A stretch of 64,000 bases of DNA. Source: an uncultured bacterium (GTDB taxonomy: Bacteria; Verrucomicrobiota; Verrucomicrobiia; Verrucomicrobiales; DEV007). The translations under genes and the position numbers were made by a program. The number at the start of each line of letters is the position of its first letter. Within the stretch, counting starts at the first letter, position 1. The notes beneath the pieces are model-generated. The model was not told where the DNA came from, did not search any database, and worked only from the letters and a program-made list of their open reading frames with translations. The stretch covers positions 96,001 through 160,000 of the forward strand of contig CAXBMO010000007.1 of the NCBI GenBank assembly GCA_963977015.1, read 5' to 3'. This document shows, one piece after another, positions 1 through 10,222 of this stretch.

Positions 1-85
1 CAATCGTCTCTGCTTCAAACTTCGGCTCCAAGGCATCGGCGGAGATGGCACCACAAAGGATCGCCAAGAAAAGGTGGGATTTCAT
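1..85 (-). CDS. 5' part of a secreted protein running off the window edge (MKSHLFLAILCGAISADALEPKFEAETI...)
   Basis: ATG at 85 (- strand), open to position 1; signal-peptide-like N-terminus; translated by hand. Confidence 0.6.
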   Translation of the reverse strand, partial: MKSHLFLAILCGAISADALEPKFEAETI

Positions 86-119
86 GGATACCAGAAAGGA
101 CCATTCTCCCAAAACGCGC

Positions 120-154
120 AAGGGGTAGTGAGTGCAATTCACTCACTACCCCTT
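120..154 (-). terminator. Probable intrinsic terminator of cysI
   Basis: Perfect 15-bp inverted repeat AAGGGGTAGTGAGTG-caatt-CACTCACTACCCCTT about 30 bp after the cysI stop. Confidence 0.75.
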
Positions 155-185
155 TGGCAAATTGGATTCGTATTAACGAATTCGA

Positions 186-2027
186 CTAGGACGGATCCAG
201 CATCGGAGTGTGGTAGTCCTTATTCTCGGTGATCGATTTCACGACCCCTGTGCGAATCACGAAATCTCCGAACTTCTCACCGTCCTTGCGATCGTGGGCG
301 TAGGCCGTAAACAGAGGACGCAGTGTCTCTTTGATTTCTTCCGCCGGCACCGCCTGGCGATAGAGCCGCGCAAGTCGATCGCCGATGAAACCACCACCGA
401 GATACATATTGTACTTTCCGGGCCCTTTTCCAACAAAGCCGATTTCCGCAATGTAAGGTCTGGCGCAACCGTTCGGGCAACCGGTCATCCGAATGGTGAT
501 CGCATCGTGAGTCAGGCCCACTTCTTCGAGCACGTCTTCCAGTTCGGTAATGAGATCGGGCAGATACCGCTCACTCTCAGCGAGAGAAAGACCGCAGGTT
601 GGCAGCGCAACGCAGGCCATTGAGTTGAGTCGCAAAGCGGAACGCTCGTGAGAGTCCTTGATTTTGAATTTCTCGAGAAGCGCCTCGATTTCAGGCCGCT
701 TCTTCGGGCTGACATTGGCGATGATCAGGTTCTGATTCGCGGTGAGGCGAAAATCACCTTCGTGAACCTTGGCGATGGCGCGGAGTCCGGAGCGCATCGG
801 CAGATCATAAGTATCGCGAACCCGGCCGTTCTGAATGAACAACGTGAGGTGACTGTTGCCGTTGGCGTCCTCGACCCAACCGTAACGGTCGCCATTGTCA
901 TCGAACTTGAAGGGTTTCGCGGCTTTCAGCTTGTAACCAAGGCGTTGCTCAACCTGATCGCGGAACCAATCGACGCCGTGATCTTCGACCGTGTATTTGA
1001 GACGAGCGTGCTTCCGCTCGGTCCGATCACCAAAATCGCGCTGAACGGTGACAACCTTTTCAGCAACATCGACGACCTGGTCCGGCGTGCAGAATCCCAT
1101 CACATCGGCAAGACGCGGATAGGTTTTCTCGTTGCCGTGATGCATGCCCATTCCCCCACCAACCGTGACGTTGTAGCCCTCGATTTTTCCGTTCTTCACG
1201 ATGGCGATGAACCCGAGGCAATGCGCATAGATGTCGACGTCGTTGCTCGGTGGCACAGCGACCACAATCTTGAATTTGCGGGGGAGATATTGCTTCCCGT
1301 AGATCGGCTCGACTTCTTCAGGTTCTTCCGTGACCTTGACCTTTTCGCCATCTTCATCGGTCAGCCAGATCTCGTGATAGGCTTTGGTTTGCGGCGTTAG
1401 ATGATCACTGATTTCCTGGGAAATCTTCAGCGCTTCGGCATGAACCTCACTCTGATGCGGGTTCGGATTGCACATCACGTTGCGATTCACATCACCACAA
1501 GCGGCGATCGTATCGAGCAGCGCGTCGTTGATTTCTCTGATCGTCGTTTTGAGATTCCCCTTGATCACGCCATGGAACTGAAATGCCTGGCGGGTCGTCA
1601 GTTTGATCGTGTGGTTTGCATAATCACCGGCAAGGCGGTCCATTTCCAACCACTGCTCGGAGGAACAAACACCCCCGGGAACGCGGACACGGATCATGAA
1701 TGAGTAAGCCGGTTCCTTTTTGGCTTTGCGACGTTCCCGGCGGAGATCGCGGTCGTCCTGCTGATAAATGCCGTGGAACTTGGTAAGTTGCGTATCCTCC
1801 TTGGAAAGCGCCCCGGTCGACAGATCGGCGAGTCCCTCAATCACGGTTCCGCGCAGGTAGTTGCTCGAAACCTTGATCGTTTCGTTTTTCTCAAGGTTCT
1901 CCAAGTCAGTGCTGTGTGACGGAGCAGGAGAAGGTTTCGGCTTCAAAACCCGGGTTTTCTTAGCCGCTGGATTGCTGGTTCCCGCGGGCTTCTTACGTTT
2001 TGCAGCTCGTTTGGTGGCGTTCGCCAT
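186..2027 (-). CDS. cysI: Assimilatory sulfite reductase hemoprotein subunit
   Basis: [38 protein letters not shown]; siroheme/4Fe-4S ligands CVALPTC and GCPNGC; ATG 2027 preferred over TTG 2033. Confidence 0.95.
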   Translation of the reverse strand: MANATKRAAKRKKPAGTSNPAAKKTRVLKPKPSPAPSHSTDLENLEKNETIKVSSNYLRGTVIEGLADLSTGALSKEDTQLTKFHGIYQQDDRDLRRERRKAKKEPAYSFMIRVRVPGGVCSSEQWLEMDRLAGDYANHTIKLTTRQAFQFHGVIKGNLKTTIREINDALLDTIAACGDVNRNVMCNPNPHQSEVHAEALKISQEISDHLTPQTKAYHEIWLTDEDGEKVKVTEEPEEVEPIYGKQYLPRKFKIVVAVPPSNDVDIYAHCLGFIAIVKNGKIEGYNVTVGGGMGMHHGNEKTYPRLADVMGFCTPDQVVDVAEKVVTVQRDFGDRTERKHARLKYTVEDHGVDWFRDQVEQRLGYKLKAAKPFKFDDNGDRYGWVEDANGNSHLTLFIQNGRVRDTYDLPMRSGLRAIAKVHEGDFRLTANQNLIIANVSPKKRPEIEALLEKFKIKDSHERSALRLNSMACVALPTCGLSLAESERYLPDLITELEDVLEEVGLTHDAITIRMTGCPNGCARPYIAEIGFVGKGPGKYNMYLGGGFIGDRLARLYRQAVPAEEIKETLRPLFTAYAHDRKDGEKFGDFVIRTGVVKSITENKDYHTPMLDPS

Positions 2028-2109
2028 TTTCAATCAATATTAAGTTGCGTTGTTTACTTAGGATTAATATCCTGCACGTGGATTTGCTGAATTGCAACAA
2101 CCGTTTTCA

Positions 2110-2523
2110 ATGAAAATTCCGCTCAAACTGGAATATGCATGCCGGGTTTTGATTCAACTCAGGCCCACTTACACCACCGGAGAAATCCGTCGAGTGGAAA
2201 ACTTGGCGGATCGGGAAAAGATTTCTCCCAACTACTTGGTGCAGATTCTCAACGAATTGCGCAATGCGGGATTGGTCGAGAGTCGCCGTGGGAAGAACGG
2301 AGGCTATGTACTCGCCCAAGACCCCGAAGCGATCACCCTCGACCACATTGTAAGAGCTGTCGAAGGCCCCTTTCTGCAACTGAATGGCTCGACCGACGGC
2401 GAATCAGGCGAAACAACCGCCAAACTTTGGAAAACCGTCGCAAGCTCCATCGAAGACGAGCTCAAGAAGCACAGCCTCGCCTCGATGGGAGATCCAGGAG
2501 AGGCCGGAATGTGGATGATCTGA
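2110..2523 (+). CDS. Rrf2-family transcriptional regulator (CymR-like, no Fe-S cysteine triad)
   Basis: YLVQILNELRNAGLVESRRGKNGGYVLA...ITLDHIVRAVEG winged-helix signature; divergent from cysI. Confidence 0.9.
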   Translation: MKIPLKLEYACRVLIQLRPTYTTGEIRRVENLADREKISPNYLVQILNELRNAGLVESRRGKNGGYVLAQDPEAITLDHIVRAVEGPFLQLNGSTDGESGETTAKLWKTVASSIEDELKKHSLASMGDPGEAGMWMI

Positions 2524-2584
2524 CCAAATCATTCTCACCACTTTTCTGATTCCGGTTTTCGGTTGGGCACGGTAATCTTCATGG

Positions 2585-2830
2585 ATGGATCGCAAAAACC
2601 CCGCCCCTTTCGTTTTCGCCCGTTTTCTCGTTCGGGCGGCCGTGGTCATGACGATCGGGTTGATTGGTTGGGATGTTCTGCGCCGGGTTGGCAATCCGCG
2701 CCCCAAACCTGCTCCCATCCGGCCCGATGACGAAATGGTTCAGTTGAAAGGGCGAGTTGCGGAGTTGGAGCTGGAGGTCGAGCGACTCCGCATCGAAAAT
2801 GCCGATTTGAAGCGGAATACGCCGGATTAA
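2585..2830 (+). CDS. Small hypothetical protein with one TM segment and a C-terminal coiled coil
   Basis: Hydrophobic AAVVMTIGLIGW; heptad LKGRVAELELEVERLRIENADLK; TAATCT 6 nt before ATG. Confidence 0.6.
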   Translation: MDRKNPAPFVFARFLVRAAVVMTIGLIGWDVLRRVGNPRPKPAPIRPDDEMVQLKGRVAELELEVERLRIENADLKRNTPD

Positions 2831-2939
2831 ACTGGCCATTCCCGCCCCCACCAACCCCCGGTGGGCCCAAAAACCCTAACAACAACAGATTTTCTGAGAT
2901 TTAGTTGACAAATGTTAGAATTCTTTCCTTGTTAGTATC

Positions 2940-3917
2940 ATGGCTACAGAAGGAAAAATTACTGGCGAACGCCAGAAGCGACACTCCCGCTACATCGATA
3001 TGTGGGTTACTCCCGGCCTGCACCCCACCAATATCGATCTCCTTTCCAAGCTCAAATCCGCTGAGGATCGCCAGTTTTCCAGCAACATGGGCGTCACCGG
3101 CAAAATGATCGATGAAGATCGACAGGAGAAAAGCAAGGAAGAGTCCCACATTATCGGAGTTCGCACCGATATCTGGAAGCCTAGCAAAGATGACAAAAAG
3201 CGGGTCATCACGAAGATTCAGAAAGAACGGGAGAAGGAACTTCGATCGAGGCTGAAAAGCGACGGTCGCCTCAACAAATCCCAAAAAGCAGTTCTGGACG
3301 CGAAACTCGACAATGACGAGACCATGCAAATGGACGTCAGTGATGTTGATAAGCAGCGCCTGGTCCTGAAGATGTTCAAATCCACCGGCAAACGCATTCG
3401 CTGGAAGGGGACCCTGGAGGAAATGACGGTCCACGAAGTTCACAACTCCCTGGGATCTCATCGTCCGCTGATCACGTTTGCCGCAATTTTGCCGGATTAT
3501 GACTACATGATCCACATTCAGCAGAACCGCAGGATTTTCTACATCCCACCCACCTTCTCATTCGCTTACTACGAGGAGAGCAACGACCGGATGTGGTACA
3601 TCGATCTAAAATGCTACTGGGTTTCCTTCGGCATTGACTTCAAGATCGAGGCTCAAGGCCGAAAAATCGGCAAGATTGATGGCAAATTCTGGGCCTTGGG
3701 AACAGACTCCCGAATTCACGTTCACGAGCCAACGTTGGCCAAAGACCAGAAGTTCATGGATCTGCTCAGTCTGTTTTCAGCGAGTATCGGGTTCCAGAAA
3801 CGCATTCGCCAAAACATCAGAATGCGGGTTAAAAAGGTGAAACGCGGTCGCTCGATGCACATTATCGAAGACGAAGAGCTGTGGTTGCTCAAGAATCCGC
3901 GTCGATTGGTGCGGTAA
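2940..3917 (+). CDS. Hypothetical protein, possible LURP-one/Tubby-C (scramblase-like) beta fold
   Basis: 325-aa ORF; C-terminal FGIDFKIEAQGRKIGKIDGKFW pattern resembles LURP1/Tubby-C strands. Confidence 0.6.
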   Translation: MATEGKITGERQKRHSRYIDMWVTPGLHPTNIDLLSKLKSAEDRQFSSNMGVTGKMIDEDRQEKSKEESHIIGVRTDIWKPSKDDKKRVITKIQKEREKELRSRLKSDGRLNKSQKAVLDAKLDNDETMQMDVSDVDKQRLVLKMFKSTGKRIRWKGTLEEMTVHEVHNSLGSHRPLITFAAILPDYDYMIHIQQNRRIFYIPPTFSFAYYEESNDRMWYIDLKCYWVSFGIDFKIEAQGRKIGKIDGKFWALGTDSRIHVHEPTLAKDQKFMDLLSLFSASIGFQKRIRQNIRMRVKKVKRGRSMHIIEDEELWLLKNPRRLVR

Positions 3918-4503
3918 GGGCCTTCCACTCCCGTTCTGCAAAATTCTGCAGCTTCGGGTAGTATTCCAGAAAATCAGATTGGAAGAGGTCGTAGTTTGCC
4001 TCGAAGTCCTCGGCTGCCCGCTCAATACCCACGAGAGCTTTCGACCGCAGTGACAATCGCCTGAACGCGAGGGCGATTCCGTTTGGATCGAGATACGAAT
4101 TCAGCCAGTCATGCTCCTGCATTCGACGAACGACCCTTCGTGGCTCAACCTCCATGAACTGGGTTCTCGAAAGGAGGCTCGTGTAGCACCGCCCCACAAA
4201 GTCTGGCAGACTGTCTTGGGAGAAGTCGTCCCAATTCCGGCAAAGATAGTGATCGTAAATCACATCAATGATGATTCCGGCAAGTCGGCGGCGTTCCGGT
4301 GCCAATCGCTCCGCACTTCGCTGCCAAATGGAGTGGGAGTCCGTGAATGCATCAACCCGGCGATGGAGGGTGATCCCATTGCGCATTTCGAGCGGCAAAT
4401 CAACGTGGTCACTAACACTGCCCCGGATGAAATCGCCCAGAAAAGCTCCCGCAATCGCGTCCGCACTCGGTGGAGAAACATGGAAGTGGGCTAGAAAATT
4501 CAT
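3889..4503 (-). CDS. acpH: Acyl carrier protein phosphodiesterase
   Basis: MNFLAH start, GAFLGDFIRG, GITLHRRVDAFTDSH, IIIDVIYDHYL. Confidence 0.9.
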   Translation of the reverse strand: MNFLAHFHVSPPSADAIAGAFLGDFIRGSVSDHVDLPLEMRNGITLHRRVDAFTDSHSIWQRSAERLAPERRRLAGIIIDVIYDHYLCRNWDDFSQDSLPDFVGRCYTSLLSRTQFMEVEPRRVVRRMQEHDWLNSYLDPNGIALAFRRLSLRSKALVGIERAAEDFEANYDLFQSDFLEYYPKLQNFAEREWKALTAPIDADS

Positions 4504-4593
4504 TCTTACATTCGACGTTAAGGACGGGAACCAACTCTGGCTAAAAATTTTGTGGACTTGCTGAAAGCCCTCTCTAAAAAGTGGCTTTCCCAG

Positions 4594-5085
4594 ATGCTGC
4601 GCCGTTTTATAGTTTTTATTTTTCTTCTGCTGATTTGGATTGTGTTGTCGGGAGTAATTGACCCCTTTCACATCATTATGGGTGTGGTTTGCTGTGCCTT
4701 GGTGACAGCAATTTCCGGGGATCTCGTGTTTAAAGACGGGTCAGGGCAGCCCGAGAGGATTGTGATTTTTGGAGTTCGATTGATCGGCTACTTATTCTGG
4801 CTTCTCAAAGAACTGGTCATCTCGAATTTCCACGTTTTCCGTCTCGCGATGAGCCCTGGTGGTATCAAAGATGTTCGACCACGAATCATCAGGTATCAAA
4901 CCAAGTTGGAGTCTCCTTTCGCAAGGTTCATCCTGGCAAATTCCATCACGTTGACACCAGGAACCATCACGTTGGAGTTGACGGAAAGGACGCTCTACAT
5001 TCACGCCATCAGCGATACGACCGCAGAAGGACTCCAAGGACCCATGGAGAAGAAAATTGGAAGAATCTTCGGCCAGAAACTATGA
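4594..5085 (+). CDS. mnhE: Mrp/Mnh cation:H+ antiporter subunit E
   Basis: LANSITLTPGTIT...LYIHAI signature. Confidence 0.92.
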   Translation: MLRRFIVFIFLLLIWIVLSGVIDPFHIIMGVVCCALVTAISGDLVFKDGSGQPERIVIFGVRLIGYLFWLLKELVISNFHVFRLAMSPGGIKDVRPRIIRYQTKLESPFARFILANSITLTPGTITLELTERTLYIHAISDTTAEGLQGPMEKKIGRIFGQKL

Positions 5086-5384
5086 GCGAGGAATTCATGC
5101 GACAATTTTTCACCTGGTCAGGAGCGGCCTTGATGATTTTGATGCTTCTTCCGCTCTATCGCGTCAATGCCGGGCCAACCGCGATCGACCGGATCGTAGC
5201 CATCAACGTGATTGGAACCAAAACCGCCGTCATTCTGGTCACCATTGGAACGATTTTCGACCGGGTCGACATGTTCATCGACTTCGCGCTCGCCTACGCC
5301 TTGCTCAACTTCATCGGATCGATTGTCGCGTCCCGATATTTTACCAGAACCCGGCCACGTGGAGAGGAGCTAAGCCAGCCATGA
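5082..5384 (+). CDS. mnhF: Mrp/Mnh antiporter subunit F
   Basis: GPTAIDRIVA...IDFALAYALLNFIG; ATGA overlap with mnhE. Confidence 0.92.
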   Translation: MSEEFMRQFFTWSGAALMILMLLPLYRVNAGPTAIDRIVAINVIGTKTAVILVTIGTIFDRVDMFIDFALAYALLNFIGSIVASRYFTRTRPRGEELSQP

Positions 5385-5752
5385 CAATTGACATCATTGC
5401 GATTGCCCTGGTGGTTTTCGGAACCATTCTGTTTCTCGGAAGTTCGGTAGGACTGATTCGGTTTCCGGACTTTTACACGCGGATGCATGCTGCGGGCAAA
5501 GGAGACACGCTTTCCACCCTGCTCATTGTTGGCGGGCTTGGAGTTTACCATTTGCATGATGTCATCGAGGTGTTTCAACAGCATGGAGAATGGCACAAGC
5601 CACTGTTTGTCATTTTCAAGATGCTCGGGATCTGCCTGTTCATCATGTTTACCAGCCCTACGAGCACCCACGCCCTGATCGAGGCGGGATACTCCGATGG
5701 AATCAAGCCAACCGTTGAGCGAGACGACCTCAAAACTGACCTCGAGAAATGA
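5381..5752 (+). CDS. mnhG: Mrp/Mnh antiporter subunit G
   Basis: GLIRFPDFYTRMHAAGKGDTL, TSPTSTHAL; ATGA overlap with mnhF. Confidence 0.92.
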   Translation: MTIDIIAIALVVFGTILFLGSSVGLIRFPDFYTRMHAAGKGDTLSTLLIVGGLGVYHLHDVIEVFQQHGEWHKPLFVIFKMLGICLFIMFTSPTSTHALIEAGYSDGIKPTVERDDLKTDLEK

Positions 5753-5994
5753 TTCCGATTCTCAACATCATCATCCTGGTTTTCATGGTCATCACGGCGC
5801 TGATTTCATTGCGCGTACGTGATCTGCTGAGCGCGTCGATGGTATTCGGAATCTACAGCTTTTTGATCTGCCTGTTGTGGGCGCAAATGGGAGCGGTTGA
5901 TGTCGCGTTCACGGAAGCCGCGGTTGGAGCCGGCGTCAGCGCCGTGTTCTTGATCGCCACGGTGTTTAATACAAACCGAAAGTCTTCCGACTAA
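5749..5994 (+). CDS. Mrp subunit B N-terminal-like / DUF4040 (MbhD-like) protein
   Basis: GAVDVAFTEAAVGAG motif; coupled to neighbours. Confidence 0.88.
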   Translation: MIPILNIIILVFMVITALISLRVRDLLSASMVFGIYSFLICLLWAQMGAVDVAFTEAAVGAGVSAVFLIATVFNTNRKSSD

Positions 5995-6740
5995 TGCGAA
6001 CCATTGCCTTCATCGCCGTCACGATTACTGCCATTCTGCTCTTTCGCGGGATGAGTGACCTTCCCGCCTACGGTGATCCCGATGCCCCCGTCAATGCCGG
6101 CCCGCTTCGCACCCACTACGTCAATGAAATTGAAACGGAGACCAATGTCCCGAATTTGGTCACCGCAGTGTTAGCCGACTATCGTGCTTATGACACGATG
6201 TTCGAAACGGTGGTCATCTTCACCGCTGGAATCGCGATCATCGCGATACTGAAAGGATTGACTCCTCTCAATCGCCCCGGACGCCCAAAAAGTGAACCGG
6301 ACGACCTCATTATCCAGACCACGTGTCGCCTGCTGATTCCGGTCATCCAAATTTATGCGCTCTACGTTTTGATTCATGGCCACCATAGCCCGGGTGGAGG
6401 TTTCCAGGGAGGCGTGATCATGGGAGCGAGTTTCATTCTTTACGCCCTTGCTTACAATTTGCCATCGGCCTTGGAGCGCTTTTCTCGAAAGAGCTTCCTC
6501 ATCTGCGCCACCGTCGGTGTCTCTATTTTCGCAGGATTTGGAGTTGTTGCAATGCTTCTCAAAGGCGAATTCCTCGACTACTCAGCCCTTCATCAATTGG
6601 GCCTTGGAAAAACTGAAATCTACGCTCGTTATCACAGTATGCTCGGAGTTGAAGTGGGGGTCTTTATGACCTGCACAGCCATCATGTTTGCAATCTATAG
6701 TTACCTCTCAACCCGCGGCGCCTTGAAGGAAGGCCTCTAA
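5994..6740 (+). CDS. mnhB: Mrp/Mnh antiporter subunit B
   Basis: PNLVTAVLADYRAYDTMFE and HGHHSPGGGFQGG. Confidence 0.92.
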   Translation: MRTIAFIAVTITAILLFRGMSDLPAYGDPDAPVNAGPLRTHYVNEIETETNVPNLVTAVLADYRAYDTMFETVVIFTAGIAIIAILKGLTPLNRPGRPKSEPDDLIIQTTCRLLIPVIQIYALYVLIHGHHSPGGGFQGGVIMGASFILYALAYNLPSALERFSRKSFLICATVGVSIFAGFGVVAMLLKGEFLDYSALHQLGLGKTEIYARYHSMLGVEVGVFMTCTAIMFAIYSYLSTRGALKEGL

Positions 6741-6743
6741 GAT

Positions 6744-7202
6744 ATGGAGACACTTCTCGAGAGTTTTAACTACTGGGTTTATGTGGTCTTGATGATGATC
6801 GGGCTCTTTGCCATGATCACGAAAAACAACATGGTCAAAAAGTTGATCGGCATGTCGATTTTCCAGACTGCCATTATCTTGTTTTTTGTCTCTCTCAGCG
6901 TTCCCGGGTCAATTGAACAGGGAGTCACAATTCCGATCGTTGACCATTCGACACACCATGATTCCCACTCCGAGACCACGGGAGACCTCCACGCTCACGA
7001 AGAGCCGCCCAAGGACGAGCCCCACAAATCTCCGGAATACATTTATGCCAATCCCCTGCCCCATGTCCTGATGCTCACTGCCATTGTCGTTGGCGTTGCG
7101 ACTCTGGGTGTTGCTCTTGCCATCGCTCAAGTCGTGTTCAAAAACTATGGTTCATTGGAGGAGAACGAGATCCTAAAGCGGATCAGCAAAATCGATGGTT
7201 GA
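6744..7202 (+). CDS. mnhC: Mrp/Mnh antiporter subunit C with His-rich insertion
   Basis: NMVKKLIG...NPLPHVLMLTAIVVGVA. Confidence 0.92.
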   Translation: METLLESFNYWVYVVLMMIGLFAMITKNNMVKKLIGMSIFQTAIILFFVSLSVPGSIEQGVTIPIVDHSTHHDSHSETTGDLHAHEEPPKDEPHKSPEYIYANPLPHVLMLTAIVVGVATLGVALAIAQVVFKNYGSLEENEILKRISKIDG

Positions 7203-8730
7203 GCAACTTCCAGCGATCATCGTCCTCCTGCCGCTGTTCACCGCTATGCTGGTGTTACTCCTCGGCATGTGGCGACATAGTTTTGCCCTCCCCATCACCG
7301 TTATCGGAATTGGGCTGACGCTTTTCGCAACCGTCAAACAATTGATGGAAGTGATCTTGGCCGACGGACATAAGATCACCTACTATCTGGGAGGTTGGGA
7401 TAACCCGATTCCGGTCGGGATTCATCTGGCTGTCGATCCAATCAACGCGATCGTTTTGATTGTGATCGCCTTGGTTGGGTTTATCACGACCGTCTACTCC
7501 TTGGCGCGAGTCCCTGAAGAAACGCCGGGGAAAATCGCTCAATTCTACTGTCTCTTCCTCTTGCTGATTTGCGGGTTGCTCGGCATGACGATTTCCGCTG
7601 ATGCATTCAACGTCTTTGTGCTTCTTGAGGTTTCGTCGCTCACGAGTTACGCCCTGATTGCAATGGGCAATTCCAAGCGCGCCGGAGTGGCGTCGTTCAA
7701 CTACGTTATTATGGGGACGATTGGTGCCTCATTCTACCTGCTGGGAGTGGGGTATCTCTTGGCGAGAACCGGCTCACTCAACATGGCCGATATCCAGAAC
7801 ATTATCAGTTCGCAGGACCTTTATAACTCTCCCGCCATCCATGTGGCATTTATCTTCATCGTCCTCGGCCTGATGATTAAGATGGCCTTCTTTCCCCTCC
7901 ATGGCTGGCTGCCCAATGCCTACAGTTACAGTCCGTCGTCCAGTTCTTGTATCTTGGCGCCTCTGGTCACCAAGGTTTCCATTTATGTCACCATCCGCAT
8001 GATCCTGACGGTGTTTGGCCCCATCTATGTCTTTGAAAATCTGGGTTGGAGTAACATCATGGTTTGGCTGGCGGTTGTTTCGATTGTCGCGGGCTCTATA
8101 CTCGCGCTTTCGCAGACCGAATTAAAACGCATGTTCTGCTATCTCATCGTCGCGGAGGTCGGATATATGGTCGGTGGCATTTGGATCGCCAATCACTGGG
8201 GAATGGTTGGAGCCATTTATCACATCGCGAGTGATGCTCTGATGACCCTCTGCCTGTTTCTGGCGGCCAGTCTGATCTGGCGACAAACCCGAAGCCACAA
8301 GATTTCCAGCCTCAGTGAGTTGACCAAGAAAATGCCGTTCACGATGGCGGGCTTTGTCGTAGCAGCTTTGGCGATGATTGGTGTTCCACCAACATGCGGA
8401 TTCTTTAGCAAGTGGTTTCTAATTCGCGGCGGTATCGAATCTGGTCATTGGGAATATGTCGTAGCACTCCTGTTCTCGAGCCTGGTCAATGCCATTCTCT
8501 TCTTTCGGGTCATTGAAATCTGCTTTTTTGGAAAGAAACCGGCAGAAGGTCATGGCCATCACGAGGCCGATCACAGCAACCAATCAACCTGGAACGAAGC
8601 ACCACCCGCCGCCCTCTTCGCATTGCTGTCCACCGCCTCCCTTCTCATCCTTCTTGGAGTCTTCAACGACCCAATTGTGCAACTGATCAAAAAATCGCTC
8701 ATTGATCTTCCGATCATTGGAATTGGCTAA
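7195..8730 (+). CDS. mnhD: Mrp/Mnh antiporter subunit D (copy 1)
   Basis: DAFNVFVLLEVSS, IKMAFFPLHGWLPNAY, GVPPTCGFFSKW. Confidence 0.92.
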   Translation: MVEQLPAIIVLLPLFTAMLVLLLGMWRHSFALPITVIGIGLTLFATVKQLMEVILADGHKITYYLGGWDNPIPVGIHLAVDPINAIVLIVIALVGFITTVYSLARVPEETPGKIAQFYCLFLLLICGLLGMTISADAFNVFVLLEVSSLTSYALIAMGNSKRAGVASFNYVIMGTIGASFYLLGVGYLLARTGSLNMADIQNIISSQDLYNSPAIHVAFIFIVLGLMIKMAFFPLHGWLPNAYSYSPSSSSCILAPLVTKVSIYVTIRMILTVFGPIYVFENLGWSNIMVWLAVVSIVAGSILALSQTELKRMFCYLIVAEVGYMVGGIWIANHWGMVGAIYHIASDALMTLCLFLAASLIWRQTRSHKISSLSELTKKMPFTMAGFVVAALAMIGVPPTCGFFSKWFLIRGGIESGHWEYVVALLFSSLVNAILFFRVIEICFFGKKPAEGHGHHEADHSNQSTWNEAPPAALFALLSTASLLILLGVFNDPIVQLIKKSLIDLPIIGIG

Positions 8731-8731
8731 G

Positions 8732-10222
8732 ATGACTCCTGAAACCGTCAACAGTCTTATTCCGATCCTGGCCTGCGCCGTATCGCTTCTCGCAGTGATT
8801 CCCATCACTTTGGCGGGGAAATCTCCGAATCTCCGCGAAGGTTTCACGTTCGCTGCGGCCATTGCCAAACTGCTGTTGGTCGCATCCATGATCCCCACCA
8901 TTTTGGAGGGAAAAGTCATCGTCGCGACACTGTTCCACATCCTCCCGACCGTGCCTCTGCAGTTCCGGGTGGATGGGATGGGCCTGCTCTTTGCGCTCGT
9001 TGCGTCCTTTCTGTGGATCCCGACGTCACTGTATGGAATTGGCTATATGCGGGGCCTCAAGGAACATTCTCAAACCCGCTTTTTCGCCTTTTTCGCCATT
9101 TCGCTGAGCGCGACGTTGGGAGTCGCCTTCGCCGGGAATCTTCTGACCCTCTACGTGTTTTACGAGATGCTTTCGCTCTCGACCTTTCCCCTGGTCACCC
9201 ATCACCAGGATAAGGAGGCCAGAACCGGCGGACGAACCTACCTGGCCCACCTTCTCACGACGTCCGTTGGGTTTGCCCTTCCCGCGTTAATCTTCTGCTT
9301 CGCAAAATCCGGCGGCGATCTGACGTTTTCGCTGGACGGATTCCTGGCCGGCCACGTCACGGAGAAAGAGTCACTGGTCGTCCTCTTGCTGCTCACCTTC
9401 GGCTTCGCCAAGAACGGATTGATGCCGTTTCACTCCTGGCTGCCGGGCGCCATGGTTGCCCCAACCCCAGTCTCCGCGCTCTTGCACGCTGTTGCGGTGG
9501 TCAAGGTGGGAGTCTTTTGCGTCCTCAGGATTTTCACCGGCGTCTTTGGACTGGAAATGCTCAAGAAGCTGGATATTGCCATCGTCATTTCCTGGATCGC
9601 AGCGTTCACGGTCATTGTGTCGTCGCTAGTCGCTTTAACTCAAGACAACCTGAAGCGACGCCTCGCGTTTTCCACCATCGGCCAACTGGCTTACATCATT
9701 TTGGGAATTTCGCTTCTCAGCCCCGCAGGCACCACGGGAAGCATGCTGCACATTGTCATGCACGCGTTTGGCAAGATTACCTTGTTCTTCTGCGCTGGAG
9801 CCATCTTTGTTGCGACGGGCAAGAAATACATCAGCCAGATGTCTGGCATTGGGCGGCAGATGCCCTTCACGATGGCCGCCTTTTTTATCGGTTCGCTCAG
9901 TGTGACCGGACTGCCTCCAACCGGCGGCTTTCTCAGCAAGTTTTATCTCGTTCTTGGAACCGCTCAAGCAGACCAGATCCCACTCCTGATCGTCTTTTTG
10001 ATCAGCACCATCCTTAACGCTGCCTATTTTCTCCCCATTGCGGTGAAGGCGTTCTTTCCCCCGGATGATCTGCAACCGTTCTCGCGAAAGCAGATCAAGG
10101 AAGCCCCAAAGGCGTGCGTATTGCCGATTCTGCTGACAGCAACCGCCACCTTGTATTTCTTCTTTGATCCTTCGCTGCCATTGGCTCTGATTGAACAATT
10201 TTTCGTCGCGGCAAAGCCATGA
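8732..10222 (+). CDS. Mrp/Mnh antiporter subunit D-family (copy 2)
   Basis: LYVFYEML, KNGLMPFHSWLP, LKRRLAFSTIGQL, GLPPTGGFLSK. Confidence 0.9.
   Translation: MTPETVNSLIPILACAVSLLAVIPITLAGKSPNLREGFTFAAAIAKLLLVASMIPTILEGKVIVATLFHILPTVPLQFRVDGMGLLFALVASFLWIPTSLYGIGYMRGLKEHSQTRFFAFFAISLSATLGVAFAGNLLTLYVFYEMLSLSTFPLVTHHQDKEARTGGRTYLAHLLTTSVGFALPALIFCFAKSGGDLTFSLDGFLAGHVTEKESLVVLLLLTFGFAKNGLMPFHSWLPGAMVAPTPVSALLHAVAVVKVGVFCVLRIFTGVFGLEMLKKLDIAIVISWIAAFTVIVSSLVALTQDNLKRRLAFSTIGQLAYIILGISLLSPAGTTGSMLHIVMHAFGKITLFFCAGAIFVATGKKYISQMSGIGRQMPFTMAAFFIGSLSVTGLPPTGGFLSKFYLVLGTAQADQIPLLIVFLISTILNAAYFLPIAVKAFFPPDDLQPFSRKQIKEAPKACVLPILLTATATLYFFFDPSLPLALIEQFFVAAKP

Noticed and set aside
5057-5380. Upstream extensions in the ORF track (mnhG, acpH, ribE, aldH, Gfo/Idh/MocA, TauE, argC)
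   Set aside because: They overlap neighbouring genes or promoters; downstream starts match family N-termini
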